Positions 35,150 to 43,112 of a DNA stretch of 49,039 bases are shown one piece after another. The notes below the pieces were generated by a model. It made no database searches and was not told the origin of the DNA. It was given only the letters and a program-made list of their open reading frames with translations. The first letter of the stretch is position 1. Every line of letters begins with the position of its first letter. Position numbers and translations under genes: made by a program. Source of the DNA: Paracoccaceae bacterium (GTDB lineage Bacteria > Pseudomonadota > Alphaproteobacteria > Rhodobacterales > Rhodobacteraceae); NCBI GenBank assembly GCA_016764785.1, contig JAESRG010000001.1, forward strand, positions 1 through 49,039. The letters run 5' to 3'.

Positions 35150-36361
35150 ATGGAACGGATCGTTTATCGCGAACTAAAATCTACCCCGCAGGTCTGGGGC
35201 ATGCTGGCGTTGCTGGCTGGGTTTATCGGCGCAGCTGCGGCCTCGGTTTTGTATGTTGAACATCACGGTCATATCGTGACCGGCATGACCAATCAGATTG
35301 TCTGGGGCTTGCCACATGTGTTTGCGATTTTCCTGATTGTTGCCGCGTCGGGCGCGTTGAATGTGTCGTCGATCGGCTCGGTTTTTGGCAAGACAGCGTA
35401 CAAACCTGTGGCACGGCTTTCCAGCCTTTTGGCGATGGCGTTATTGATGGGCGGCTTGGCGGTGCTGGTGCTTGACCTTGGGCGGCCTGACCGTTTGATC
35501 GTGGCGATGACCAAGTATAATTTCCGGTCAATCTTTGCGTGGAACGTGCTGCTTTATACCGGCTTTCTGGCTGTTGTTGGCGTTTATCTTTACGCACAAA
35601 TGGCGCGGGGTGTGCATAGCTTTGCGCTTCGCACCGCCGGCACGGTTGCGTTCCTGTGGCGGTTGGCACTGACCACTGGCACCGGCTCAATTTTTGGCTG
35701 GCTGGTGGCACGACCGGGCTATGATGCGGCGATCATGGCCCCGATGTTTATCGCCATGTCTTTTGCGTTCGGCCTCGCGTTTTTCCTGATCGTGATGACT
35801 TGGACTTGCCGCATGACCACGCGGGTTTTCAGCCCCGAGCTGCGCACCCGTCAGGCACGCCTTTTGGGCGTGTTTGTGGCCGTGGTGGTTTACTTTACGA
35901 TCATCCAGCACCTGTCGAATATCTATGTCGCTGAGCACACGGGTTATGAGCGGTTTATCCTGCTGGAGGGCGGTCTTTATACATGGCTTTTCTGGGGGGC
36001 GCAGATCGGGCTGGGCAGCATCGTGCCGATGATCCTGCTGTTTCACCCCAAGTTGGACACCAAATTTGGCTATGTCATTCTGGCGGCGCTTTTGGTGGTG
36101 CTGGGCGGGTTTGCCCAATTATACGTGATTATCGTCGGCGGGCAGGCTTACCCGATGGACATGTTCCCCGGGCTCGAGGTTTCAAGCAGTTTTTACGACG
36201 GAGTAGTCAGCCAATATTCCCCCAGCATTTATGAATGGGCGCTGGGCATCGGTGGCGTTGCTCTGACTCTGTTTGTAACCGGATTGGGCATGAAGTTCTT
36301 GCGCATTCTGCCCGACAACCTTACCGATGAGAACATCGATCCTTCAACACTTGCAGGTTAA
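35150..36361 (+). CDS. dsrP: DsrP, NrfD-like integral membrane subunit
   Basis: 403-aa polytopic membrane ORF in the canonical position after dsrO. Confidence 0.85.
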   Translation: MERIVYRELKSTPQVWGMLALLAGFIGAAAASVLYVEHHGHIVTGMTNQIVWGLPHVFAIFLIVAASGALNVSSIGSVFGKTAYKPVARLSSLLAMALLMGGLAVLVLDLGRPDRLIVAMTKYNFRSIFAWNVLLYTGFLAVVGVYLYAQMARGVHSFALRTAGTVAFLWRLALTTGTGSIFGWLVARPGYDAAIMAPMFIAMSFAFGLAFFLIVMTWTCRMTTRVFSPELRTRQARLLGVFVAVVVYFTIIQHLSNIYVAEHTGYERFILLEGGLYTWLFWGAQIGLGSIVPMILLFHPKLDTKFGYVILAALLVVLGGFAQLYVIIVGGQAYPMDMFPGLEVSSSFYDGVVSQYSPSIYEWALGIGGVALTLFVTGLGMKFLRILPDNLTDENIDPSTLAG

Positions 36362-36362
36362 A

Positions 36363-37370
36363 ATGCTTACAGAACCCCATCCATTTGCCAAATTTGTCGC
36401 GATCCTTGGTCGCGGAAAAACCAAACAACGCCATCTGACGATTGAAGAAGCGTCGGAATCTATGGCGATGATTTTGCGCGGTGAGGCCCGCCCCGAACAG
36501 ATCGGTGCGTTCCTGATGTTGCTGCGCTTGAAAGAGGAATCGCCGGGTGAAATCGCTGGCTTTACCCTTGGCACCCGGGCGGTTCTGAAACTGCCCGGTG
36601 TGATCCCCGAGGTTGATATCGACTGGTCGTCATATGCGGGCAAACGCCGGCAATTGCCGTGGTTTTTGCTGTCGGTGATCCTGCTGTCGCAAAACGGCGT
36701 TCGGGTGATGATGCATGGCTCGGGCGAGCACACGCCGGGCCGGATCTATACCGCTAGCACGCTAGAATATCTGGGGTATCCGGTGGCCACAACCCTTGCT
36801 GAGGCGGCTGAGCAAATCGCCGAACGGAACCTCGGGTTTATCGCGTTGGAACATCTTTGTCCGCCGCTGCAAGACCTGATGGAGCTAAAACCCATTTTAG
36901 GATTGCGCTCACCCGTGAACAGTTTTTCGCGGATGATTAACCCGTTTAATGCACCGGTGATGATGCAAGGAATTTTTCATCGTGGCTTTATGGATATCCA
37001 TGCGGGCGCCGGAATTTTGCTGGGTCAGCCAGTGACAACCGTGTTCCGTGGCGAGGGCGGCGAGATTGAACGTCGGCCAAATAAACCCACCGTCGCTGGA
37101 ACCGCGCGGGATGGTAAAATCACCACCGAAAGCTGGCCGCAATTGCTGGAAGACGGCCACGCGGCCGCGGACCTTGAGATGGATCTAGGCAATCTGGTGG
37201 CGGTTTGGCAGGGCAAAAAGGTCAGCGAATATGCCACGGCCTCAATCACCGGAACCTTGGCGATTACGCTGAAATCATTGGGCAAAGCTGACACGGTTGA
37301 GGCCGCGCAGGCCATAGCAAACGACATGTGGGACGCGCGCAATAAAGCCTTGTTGCCGCTGGTCGGCTAA
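36363..37370 (+). CDS. TrpD2/YbiB-family protein (anthranilate phosphoribosyltransferase fold without the PRPP motif)
   Basis: ATG at 36363 lies 1 nt after the dsrP stop. FAKFVAILGRGKTKQRHLTIEEASESMAMILRGEARPEQIGAFLMLLRLKEESPGEIAGF aligns by eye with E. coli YbiB. SSYAGKRRQ replaces the TrpD GTGGD motif, matching YbiB PSYNGARKQ. The track start at 36327 lies inside dsrP. Confidence 0.7.
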   Translation: MLTEPHPFAKFVAILGRGKTKQRHLTIEEASESMAMILRGEARPEQIGAFLMLLRLKEESPGEIAGFTLGTRAVLKLPGVIPEVDIDWSSYAGKRRQLPWFLLSVILLSQNGVRVMMHGSGEHTPGRIYTASTLEYLGYPVATTLAEAAEQIAERNLGFIALEHLCPPLQDLMELKPILGLRSPVNSFSRMINPFNAPVMMQGIFHRGFMDIHAGAGILLGQPVTTVFRGEGGEIERRPNKPTVAGTARDGKITTESWPQLLEDGHAAADLEMDLGNLVAVWQGKKVSEYATASITGTLAITLKSLGKADTVEAAQAIANDMWDARNKALLPLVG

Positions 37371-37374
37371 CCCG

Positions 37375-38712
37375 ATGTCGCGGATATTTATTGCGGCGGC
37401 GCATAAATCATCCGGCAAAACGGTGATTTCCACCGGCATAACTGCAGCGTTGCGGGCGCGAGGATCAACCGTTCAGACCTTCAAGAAAGGCCCCGATTAT
37501 ATCGACCCGATGTGGCTGTCTGAGGCCAGCGGCGCGCCGTGTTATAATCTCGATTTCAATACCATGAGCCATGCGGAATTGCTGCGTCTATTTGGTCAGC
37601 GTGCTACCGCAGATATTGCGTTGATCGAGGCCAATAAAGGCCTGTTCGACGGCGTTGACCTTAAGGGCTGCGATTCAAACGCGGCCTTGGCGAAACTGCT
37701 CAAAGCGCCGGTGGTGCTGGTGATCGACACGGTTGGTATGACACGGGGTATTGCGCCGCTGATGCTAGGCTATCAAAATTTTGATCCCGAGATTGAGATC
37801 GCGGGGGTGATCCTGAACAAAGTTGGCGGCCCGCGCCACGAGGGAAAACTGCGCGCGGCGATGCAGGCATATTGCGATATTCCGGTGCTTGGCGCGGTCG
37901 GGCGCACGGCGGATTTGGAAATCGGAGAGCGTCATCTAGGGCTGACCACGCCCGCTGAAACCGGCGAATTTCCGGCGATGATTTCGCGGATAGCGCGGAT
38001 CATTGATGGTTCGGTCGATTTGGACAAGCTGATCGAAATCGCAGGTAATGCACAGGCGTTGCCAGCGGTTTCTGCCCGTGTTTCGACAACCCGCAGCAAG
38101 GACGTCCGTATCGGCATTCCGCGCGATACAGCGTTCGGATTTTATTACCCTGATGACCTTGAGGCGATGGAAAACGCCGGTGCCGAGCTGGTGTTTTTTG
38201 ACACGCTTCGCGATGCCAAATTGCCCGACATTGACGGGCTGTTTATCGGCGGCGGTTTTCCCGAAACCCAAATGGTGGCACTGGCCGAGAATGTCTCGAT
38301 GCGGGCCAACATTCGCCATGCAATCAAATCGGGTATGCCCGCTTATGCAGAATGCGGCGGGCTGATGTATCTTTGCAAGTCACTGTCGTGGCAGGGCAAA
38401 CGGTTTGACATGGTCGGGGCGATTGCAGGCGATGCGGTGATGAACGCGCGACCACAGGGGCGGGGCTATGCGCGGTTGCGCGGAAAAACCGAATTTCCGG
38501 CGCATGAATTCCATTACGCGCGAATTGACAACCTGCCTAAGGACACCAAATTCGCCTATGAGGTACTGCGTGGTCACGGCATCGACGGGCAGCATGACGG
38601 GGTGATGTTGAACAACCTCACCGCCGGATTTTGTCACCTGCGCCATACCAAATCCAACCCTTGGGCTAGCCAGTTTGTCGACACGGTGCGCGCAAAAAAA
38701 ATGCCCCGCTAA
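37375..38712 (+). CDS. dsrN: DsrN, cobyrinate a,c-diamide synthase homologue (siroheme amidase)
   Basis: 445-aa ORF with CobB/CbiA-type N-terminus IFIAAAHKSSGKTVISTGITAAL...KKGPDYIDP and a C-terminal glutamine amidotransferase domain (YAECGGLMYL). Confidence 0.85.
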   Translation: MSRIFIAAAHKSSGKTVISTGITAALRARGSTVQTFKKGPDYIDPMWLSEASGAPCYNLDFNTMSHAELLRLFGQRATADIALIEANKGLFDGVDLKGCDSNAALAKLLKAPVVLVIDTVGMTRGIAPLMLGYQNFDPEIEIAGVILNKVGGPRHEGKLRAAMQAYCDIPVLGAVGRTADLEIGERHLGLTTPAETGEFPAMISRIARIIDGSVDLDKLIEIAGNAQALPAVSARVSTTRSKDVRIGIPRDTAFGFYYPDDLEAMENAGAELVFFDTLRDAKLPDIDGLFIGGGFPETQMVALAENVSMRANIRHAIKSGMPAYAECGGLMYLCKSLSWQGKRFDMVGAIAGDAVMNARPQGRGYARLRGKTEFPAHEFHYARIDNLPKDTKFAYEVLRGHGIDGQHDGVMLNNLTAGFCHLRHTKSNPWASQFVDTVRAKKMPR

Positions 38713-38742
38713 CAGCGAGGCATTCCTTGGGAGCATCCAAAA

Positions 38743-38967
38743 TCAGTTCTTTTTGATCTCAAATGTATAGATATTACCTTCGGTTCCTGAGGAAAGCAGG
38801 CTGTTGCCGGTCTGATTACAGAACGCGGCAAAGTCGGCCACGGAACCAGGATCGGTTGAGCGAACCTCAAGGGTCTGTCCAGCCTCCATGCCTTTCAGGG
38901 TTTTTTTTGCTTTGATGATCGGCAGTGGGCAATTCAGCCCTTCTACGTTCAGAGTTTGGTCAGCCAT
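38743..38967 (-). CDS. tusA: TusA-family sulfurtransferase
   Basis: 74-aa ORF with the CPxP active-site motif (LNVEGLNCPLPIIKAKK). Confidence 0.9.
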   Translation of the reverse strand: MADQTLNVEGLNCPLPIIKAKKTLKGMEAGQTLEVRSTDPGSVADFAAFCNQTGNSLLSSGTEGNIYTFEIKKN

Positions 38968-39073
38968 CGTGGTATTCCTCAGTTTCGGTTGGTCATATTG
39001 ATTACTTATGAATTGAAAATCGCCCTAAGTGTGGGCGAATTCCAATAGGGGATGTTAGAGGCATCAAAATGCC

Positions 39074-39586
39074 CTAAATAAACAGATTAATGTCAGAGCG
39101 GGTTGCCACGTCGATATAGGTCGCCGCGCCGCCAAGCTCGATGCCGTCAATCATGTCCTTTGTGTCCATTTCAAACAGATCAAGGGTCATCTGGCAGGCG
39201 ATCATCCGTACGTCGGATTCAATCGCCGCCTCGCGCAGTTCCTCAATCGAGGCCACGCCTTTTTTCTTGAACAGATTTTTCATCATCGTGGTGGCACCCC
39301 GGTCAACCCCCGGCATGGCCGCGATGATATTTGGCATCGCCATATGCATGCCCATCATTGGCATTTTCATCGCTGGATTGCCCAGTGTGGTCATTTTCAG
39401 GTCCAGCTTTTTGTTCAAAAGCGGCAGGCCGTAAAATGTGAAAAACATGGTCACTTCAAGGTCCATTGCCGCAGCGGTGGTGCCCAGAATAAACGGCGGA
39501 TAGGCCCAGTCGAGCGAGCCTTTAGTGACGATAATCGACATGCTTTTGGCGTTTTCAAAACCGCCGGACTTGTTGTCGTCGGACAT
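39074..39586 (-). CDS. dsrE2: DsrE2-like protein (DsrE/DsrF/DrsH-like family)
   Basis: 170-aa ORF with MSIIVTKGSLDWAYPPFILGTTAAAMDLEVTMFFTFYGL, a Met-rich loop, and the single conserved Cys in RMIACQMTLDLF. Confidence 0.8.
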   Translation of the reverse strand: MSDDNKSGGFENAKSMSIIVTKGSLDWAYPPFILGTTAAAMDLEVTMFFTFYGLPLLNKKLDLKMTTLGNPAMKMPMMGMHMAMPNIIAAMPGVDRGATTMMKNLFKKKGVASIEELREAAIESDVRMIACQMTLDLFEMDTKDMIDGIELGGAATYIDVATRSDINLFI

Positions 39587-39609
39587 TGACGAACCCTCCC
39601 AGATTTTAC

Positions 39610-39621
39610 GTATTATAATAC
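39610..39621. promoter_or_regulatory. Perfect 12-bp palindrome in the dsrE2/yeeE divergent region
   Basis: gtattataatac equals its own reverse complement and lies 24 nt upstream of the dsrE2 ATG. Confidence 0.35.
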
Positions 39622-39670
39622 ATTGCGATTATTGAATACCATGAGGGGCGCGGAGTCAAGAAAACCAAGC

Positions 39671-39696
39671 ATATTACGCTGAATCAGGCGTAATAT
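39671..39696. promoter_or_regulatory. 9-bp inverted repeat in the dsrE2/yeeE divergent region
   Basis: atattacgc (39671-39679), 8-nt loop tgaatcag, gcgtaatat (39688-39696). Confidence 0.3.
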
Positions 39697-39796
39697 TTGG
39701 CTGATGAAAATAAATGCTACCCATACAATCATATATACACTAATTTGAATGAATAACACGCAGCCGGAACGGCGCTGAAGGTTTTGGGAGAAGACG

Positions 39797-40891
39797 ATGC
39801 TAGATAGCTGGAGAGACATAATCATTGAATCGCCGGATTTTTACATCGGCTATGGCGGGCTTTTGATTGGTACCGTGTTCGGATTTATCGTGTTCTGGAC
39901 TAATTTTTGCACCATGGGGTCGATTTCGGATTTCATGAACTTTGGCGATTTTCGCCGGTTTCGGGCGTGGATGCTGGCAGGGTTGGTCGCCATTCTGGGT
40001 GTCTATGGATTGCAGAAAGCTGGGGTGATGAACCCCGCGGATTCGATGTATTTGACCGTTAATTTTGGCTGGCTTGGCAATGTTATCGGCGGTATTTTGT
40101 TTGGTGTTGGTATGGTGCTGTCCGGCGGCTGTGTTAGTCGGAACCTGGTGCGCGCGGGCGGTGGAGACCTGCGCTCACTACTGCTACTATTCGTGATTGG
40201 CGTGTTTGGATACATGACAATTGGCGGTATTTTAGGGCCCTTGCGGGTGTCTTGGTTTGCGATTGGCACGGTTAATTTGGCTGATAGCGGCATGCAAAGC
40301 CAAAGTGTCGGTGCGTTTCTGGCGCACCTAACAGGCATGGATGAGGCACGGGCTGAATCGGTTGCACTTTGGGTGATCGTTGCATTAATGGCGGCGTTTA
40401 TCTTGTACTCCAAAAGTTTTCTTAAATCACCGTTACTGCTGGCATCGGGCATTGGCATCGGGCTCTGCGTGGTCGCGGGCTGGATGCTGACCGGCTTGGC
40501 GCAAGATGATTTTGCCGATGTTCCGGTGGCGCTGGCATCGCTGACCTATGTGCGACCAACGGGTGATATGATGGATTACCTGATGCGCCAAACCGCGCTG
40601 GGCGCGCCGAGCTTTGCGGTCGTGACCACCTTTGGCGCGCTGCTGGGTGGGTTCCTTGGGGCGTTGGTCAAGCGTGACCTGCGGCTAAAAACCTTTGCGA
40701 ATAACAGCGACACGGTACGCAATATTTTTGGTGCCGCGATTATGGGGATCGGCGGCGTGTTGGCGCTGGGGTGCACAGTAGGGCAAGCAGTGACGGGCGT
40801 TTCTACACTGGCGCTGGGGTCGTTTATTACGTTTGCCTGTATTGTGCTGGGCGGAATGATTGCAATGAAAGTTATGGAGTGGTTGGCCTAA
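39797..40891 (+). CDS. yeeE: YeeE/YedE-family sulfur-compound (thiosulfate) transporter
   Basis: 364-aa polytopic ORF with the three conserved Cys motifs (NFCTMGS, SGGCVSRN, ALGCTVGQ). GGGAGAAG lies upstream of the ATG. Confidence 0.85.
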   Translation: MLDSWRDIIIESPDFYIGYGGLLIGTVFGFIVFWTNFCTMGSISDFMNFGDFRRFRAWMLAGLVAILGVYGLQKAGVMNPADSMYLTVNFGWLGNVIGGILFGVGMVLSGGCVSRNLVRAGGGDLRSLLLLFVIGVFGYMTIGGILGPLRVSWFAIGTVNLADSGMQSQSVGAFLAHLTGMDEARAESVALWVIVALMAAFILYSKSFLKSPLLLASGIGIGLCVVAGWMLTGLAQDDFADVPVALASLTYVRPTGDMMDYLMRQTALGAPSFAVVTTFGALLGGFLGALVKRDLRLKTFANNSDTVRNIFGAAIMGIGGVLALGCTVGQAVTGVSTLALGSFITFACIVLGGMIAMKVMEWLA

Positions 40892-40963
40892 GCTGGCAGA
40901 CTAATTGCTGCCTTGCCTTCTTTGTTGCCTAAATACTCACCTCCCGAGCCGCAGGCGAGGCCA

Positions 40964-41010
40964 CGCCCAACTGTTCGCGCCCGGCTAGGCGTGTGGCAAA
41001 CAGTTGGGCG
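40964..41010. repeat. 12-bp perfect inverted repeat between the convergent yeeE and apbC genes
   Basis: cgcccaactgtt (40964-40975) and aacagttgggcg (40999-41010) are separated by a 23-nt GC-rich loop, followed by ccctcctttta. Confidence 0.5.
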
Positions 41011-41088
41011 CCCTCCTTTTACCGGCAAAAATCCTCCCGCAGTCCGGCGGCATCTTTGCTGGGCAAAGGCCCCTTTCTTTGGGCTGGG

Positions 41089-42198
41089 TTAGCCCTCGTC
41101 TTTATCGGGGTTGAGTTGCGCGGCGATCGCTAAGGCGATGGCCTGATAGGCTTTGGCGTGGACGCTTTCTGGCTCGGACGCCACAATCGGGGTGCCTGTG
41201 TCGGAATGCTTGCGGATGTCCATATGCAGCGGAATTTCCCCGAGGAACGGAATTTTCAATTTTGCGGCTTCTTCGCGCGCGCCACCGTGGCCAAAAATGT
41301 CGGATTGTTCACCGCATTTCGGGCAGATGAACGTGCTCATGTTTTCAATAATGCCAAAGATCGGCACGTCAACATTCTGGAACATTTTTAGACCTTTGCG
41401 CGCGTCAATCAGGGCCAGATCTTGCGGTGTTGAGACAATCACCGCACCCGCTACCGGCACTTGTTGCGCAAGGGTCAGCTGGATGTCACCGGTACCCGGC
41501 GGCATGTCAAGGACCAGCACGTCGAGTTCGCCCCATGCGACTTCGTTGAGCAGTTGCATCAGGGCTGACACGATCATCGGGCCGCGCCAAATCACCGGAT
41601 TGTTTTCTTCCATCAGAAAACCCATCGACATGATTTTAATGCCGAACTTTTCCATCGGAATAACGGATTCGTCGCGAATTTCCGGCCGTTCGCCCGCCAT
41701 ACCCGCAAGCCGTGGCACCGAGGGGCCATAGATGTCAGCATCCAGCAGTCCAACCTTAAGGCCGAGCGCGTGCAGGCCAAGTGCGATGTTGATCGCGGTG
41801 GTCGATTTGCCAACCCCGCCTTTGCCCGAGGCAATGGCCAAAATCGACGTTACCCCCGGAATGGCCCCGGCTTTGGGGCGCATGTCTGGCCCCACCGGGC
41901 GTTCTTTGCGGGCTTTTAGTTTGGGCGGTTCCGCCACCACCGGTGCGGCGCGGTCAGCGGTCAGGGCGATCAGCACTTTGTCAACGCCATCCAACGCCCA
42001 GACAACCTCTTCGGCTTTGCGTTGCAGCTTGACGGGGTCACCGCGAAAATCCTCGGGGACGGTGATCGAGAACACCACTTTATTGCCAGTAATGATGATA
42101 TCGGACACCAGATTGGCTGAGATGATGTTTCCCTCAAGCCCGCGCGTTTCAACGCTTTTTAAGGCATCAATAATTTTATCTTGTGTGACTTCGGCCAT
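41089..42198 (-). CDS. apbC: Mrp/NBP35/ApbC-family iron-sulfur cluster carrier ATPase
   Basis: 369-aa ORF with an N-terminal DUF59-like domain, a deviant Walker A AIASGKGGVGKST, and a CxxC motif (FICPKCGEQ). Confidence 0.9.
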   Translation of the reverse strand: MAEVTQDKIIDALKSVETRGLEGNIISANLVSDIIITGNKVVFSITVPEDFRGDPVKLQRKAEEVVWALDGVDKVLIALTADRAAPVVAEPPKLKARKERPVGPDMRPKAGAIPGVTSILAIASGKGGVGKSTTAINIALGLHALGLKVGLLDADIYGPSVPRLAGMAGERPEIRDESVIPMEKFGIKIMSMGFLMEENNPVIWRGPMIVSALMQLLNEVAWGELDVLVLDMPPGTGDIQLTLAQQVPVAGAVIVSTPQDLALIDARKGLKMFQNVDVPIFGIIENMSTFICPKCGEQSDIFGHGGAREEAAKLKIPFLGEIPLHMDIRKHSDTGTPIVASEPESVHAKAYQAIALAIAAQLNPDKDEG

Positions 42199-42216
42199 TT
42201 GTGCCCCCCCTTATTA

Positions 42217-42237
42217 TTGACCCCTTATCAAGGTCAA
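42217..42237. promoter_or_regulatory. Dyad TTGACC-N9-GGTCAA upstream of apbC
   Basis: ttgaccccttatcaaggtcaa lies 19 nt upstream of the apbC ATG. A second inverted repeat, acatatta-N6-taatatgt, is at 42245-42266. Confidence 0.3.
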
Positions 42238-42312
42238 GTAATACACATATTAAAAATGTAATATGTTATCAAAAGGGGGAGCCGTCAATAAGCCAGCGCA
42301 AAATAACTGAAA

Positions 42313-42915
42313 TTAACCGTCAACCCACAGGTCGATTGCTTCGCGATTTAGGGCGTCGTCTTGGGGCCACTTAGATTGGTAAATGATGGTGATTCCAAGT
42401 TCTGGCAAGTATTTTGATTTCGTAACACCAAAGCCGTTCTCAGCCATGATATAGGTCTGATAAAAATCAAACGCGACGTATTCGCAATCACCGATCATCA
42501 CGTTTTCACTGGCGTGAACGGAATAAGAATAGGTCGCGGGCTCTACAAAATCGGGTTCGACTAAGGTCTGAATGCCGCCGCCAACCATACCTTCCACCAG
42601 TGGAAATACCGCTGCTATGTCAAAGTCGTATTCAAGATTGAAATCTCCGGTTGGGGTCCATGTTCCGGCTGTCCGCTCAAGAAAGTTGGTTTCGAAAATA
42701 CCGTTGACCATGTGATTTTGCCACGTTGTTTCCCGTTCAGCGTTATCGGTTCCGTTTTGAATGATAATCCCCGATTCACCCTGCCGGAAGTTTTCGGTAT
42801 CGCCAGAGCTGAACAAGACAGAAATGCCGGTGGTCATATCGGCCAATGTTGGGCATTGGGCAAAAACACCTGTTGGTACGGCAAGTAAAGAAATCATGGC
42901 GAAAGGGCGAAACAT
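42313..42915 (-). CDS. Secreted hypothetical protein
   Basis: ATG at 42915 gives signal peptide MFRPFAMISLLAVPTGVFAQ. I recognised no family. Confidence 0.55.
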   Translation of the reverse strand: MFRPFAMISLLAVPTGVFAQCPTLADMTTGISVLFSSGDTENFRQGESGIIIQNGTDNAERETTWQNHMVNGIFETNFLERTAGTWTPTGDFNLEYDFDIAAVFPLVEGMVGGGIQTLVEPDFVEPATYSYSVHASENVMIGDCEYVAFDFYQTYIMAENGFGVTKSKYLPELGITIIYQSKWPQDDALNREAIDLWVDG

Positions 42916-43103
42916 AGCTATATCCTTTTGAAATCGGTCAATGACGAGAACATAAGCCAATTATTCAATCAAGCAAAGACCCAGTTCACCCGTTTGCAAT
43001 TTTTGCAAAGCTGCAAAATTTCGATTTGTCATGATTGTTTGGCTTGACCTCGGTCAGTGAGATGCTAGGAAGCGGACGGCCCCCATCGTCGCGTCTGCGA
43101 TTG

Positions 43104-43112
43104 TGGTATACT
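43104..43112 (+). promoter_or_regulatory. Extended -10 promoter candidate for zwf
   Basis: TGgTATACT lies about 43 nt upstream of the zwf ATG. A TTGCAA-N3-TTGCAA repeat is at 42994-43008. Confidence 0.3.

Noticed and set aside
36327-36362. Upstream start (36327) for the YbiB-like gene, overlapping dsrP by 35 nt.
   Set aside because: The ATG at 36363, immediately after the dsrP stop, gives the conserved family N-terminus. The extension lies in the dsrP coding sequence.
39613-39825. 70-aa ORF in the dsrE2/yeeE intergenic region.
   Set aside because: It sits in the AT-rich promoter DNA, overlaps the yeeE start, and has no RBS. Its hydrophobic, low-complexity product is what AT-rich sequence would give. 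It is more likely regulatory DNA.
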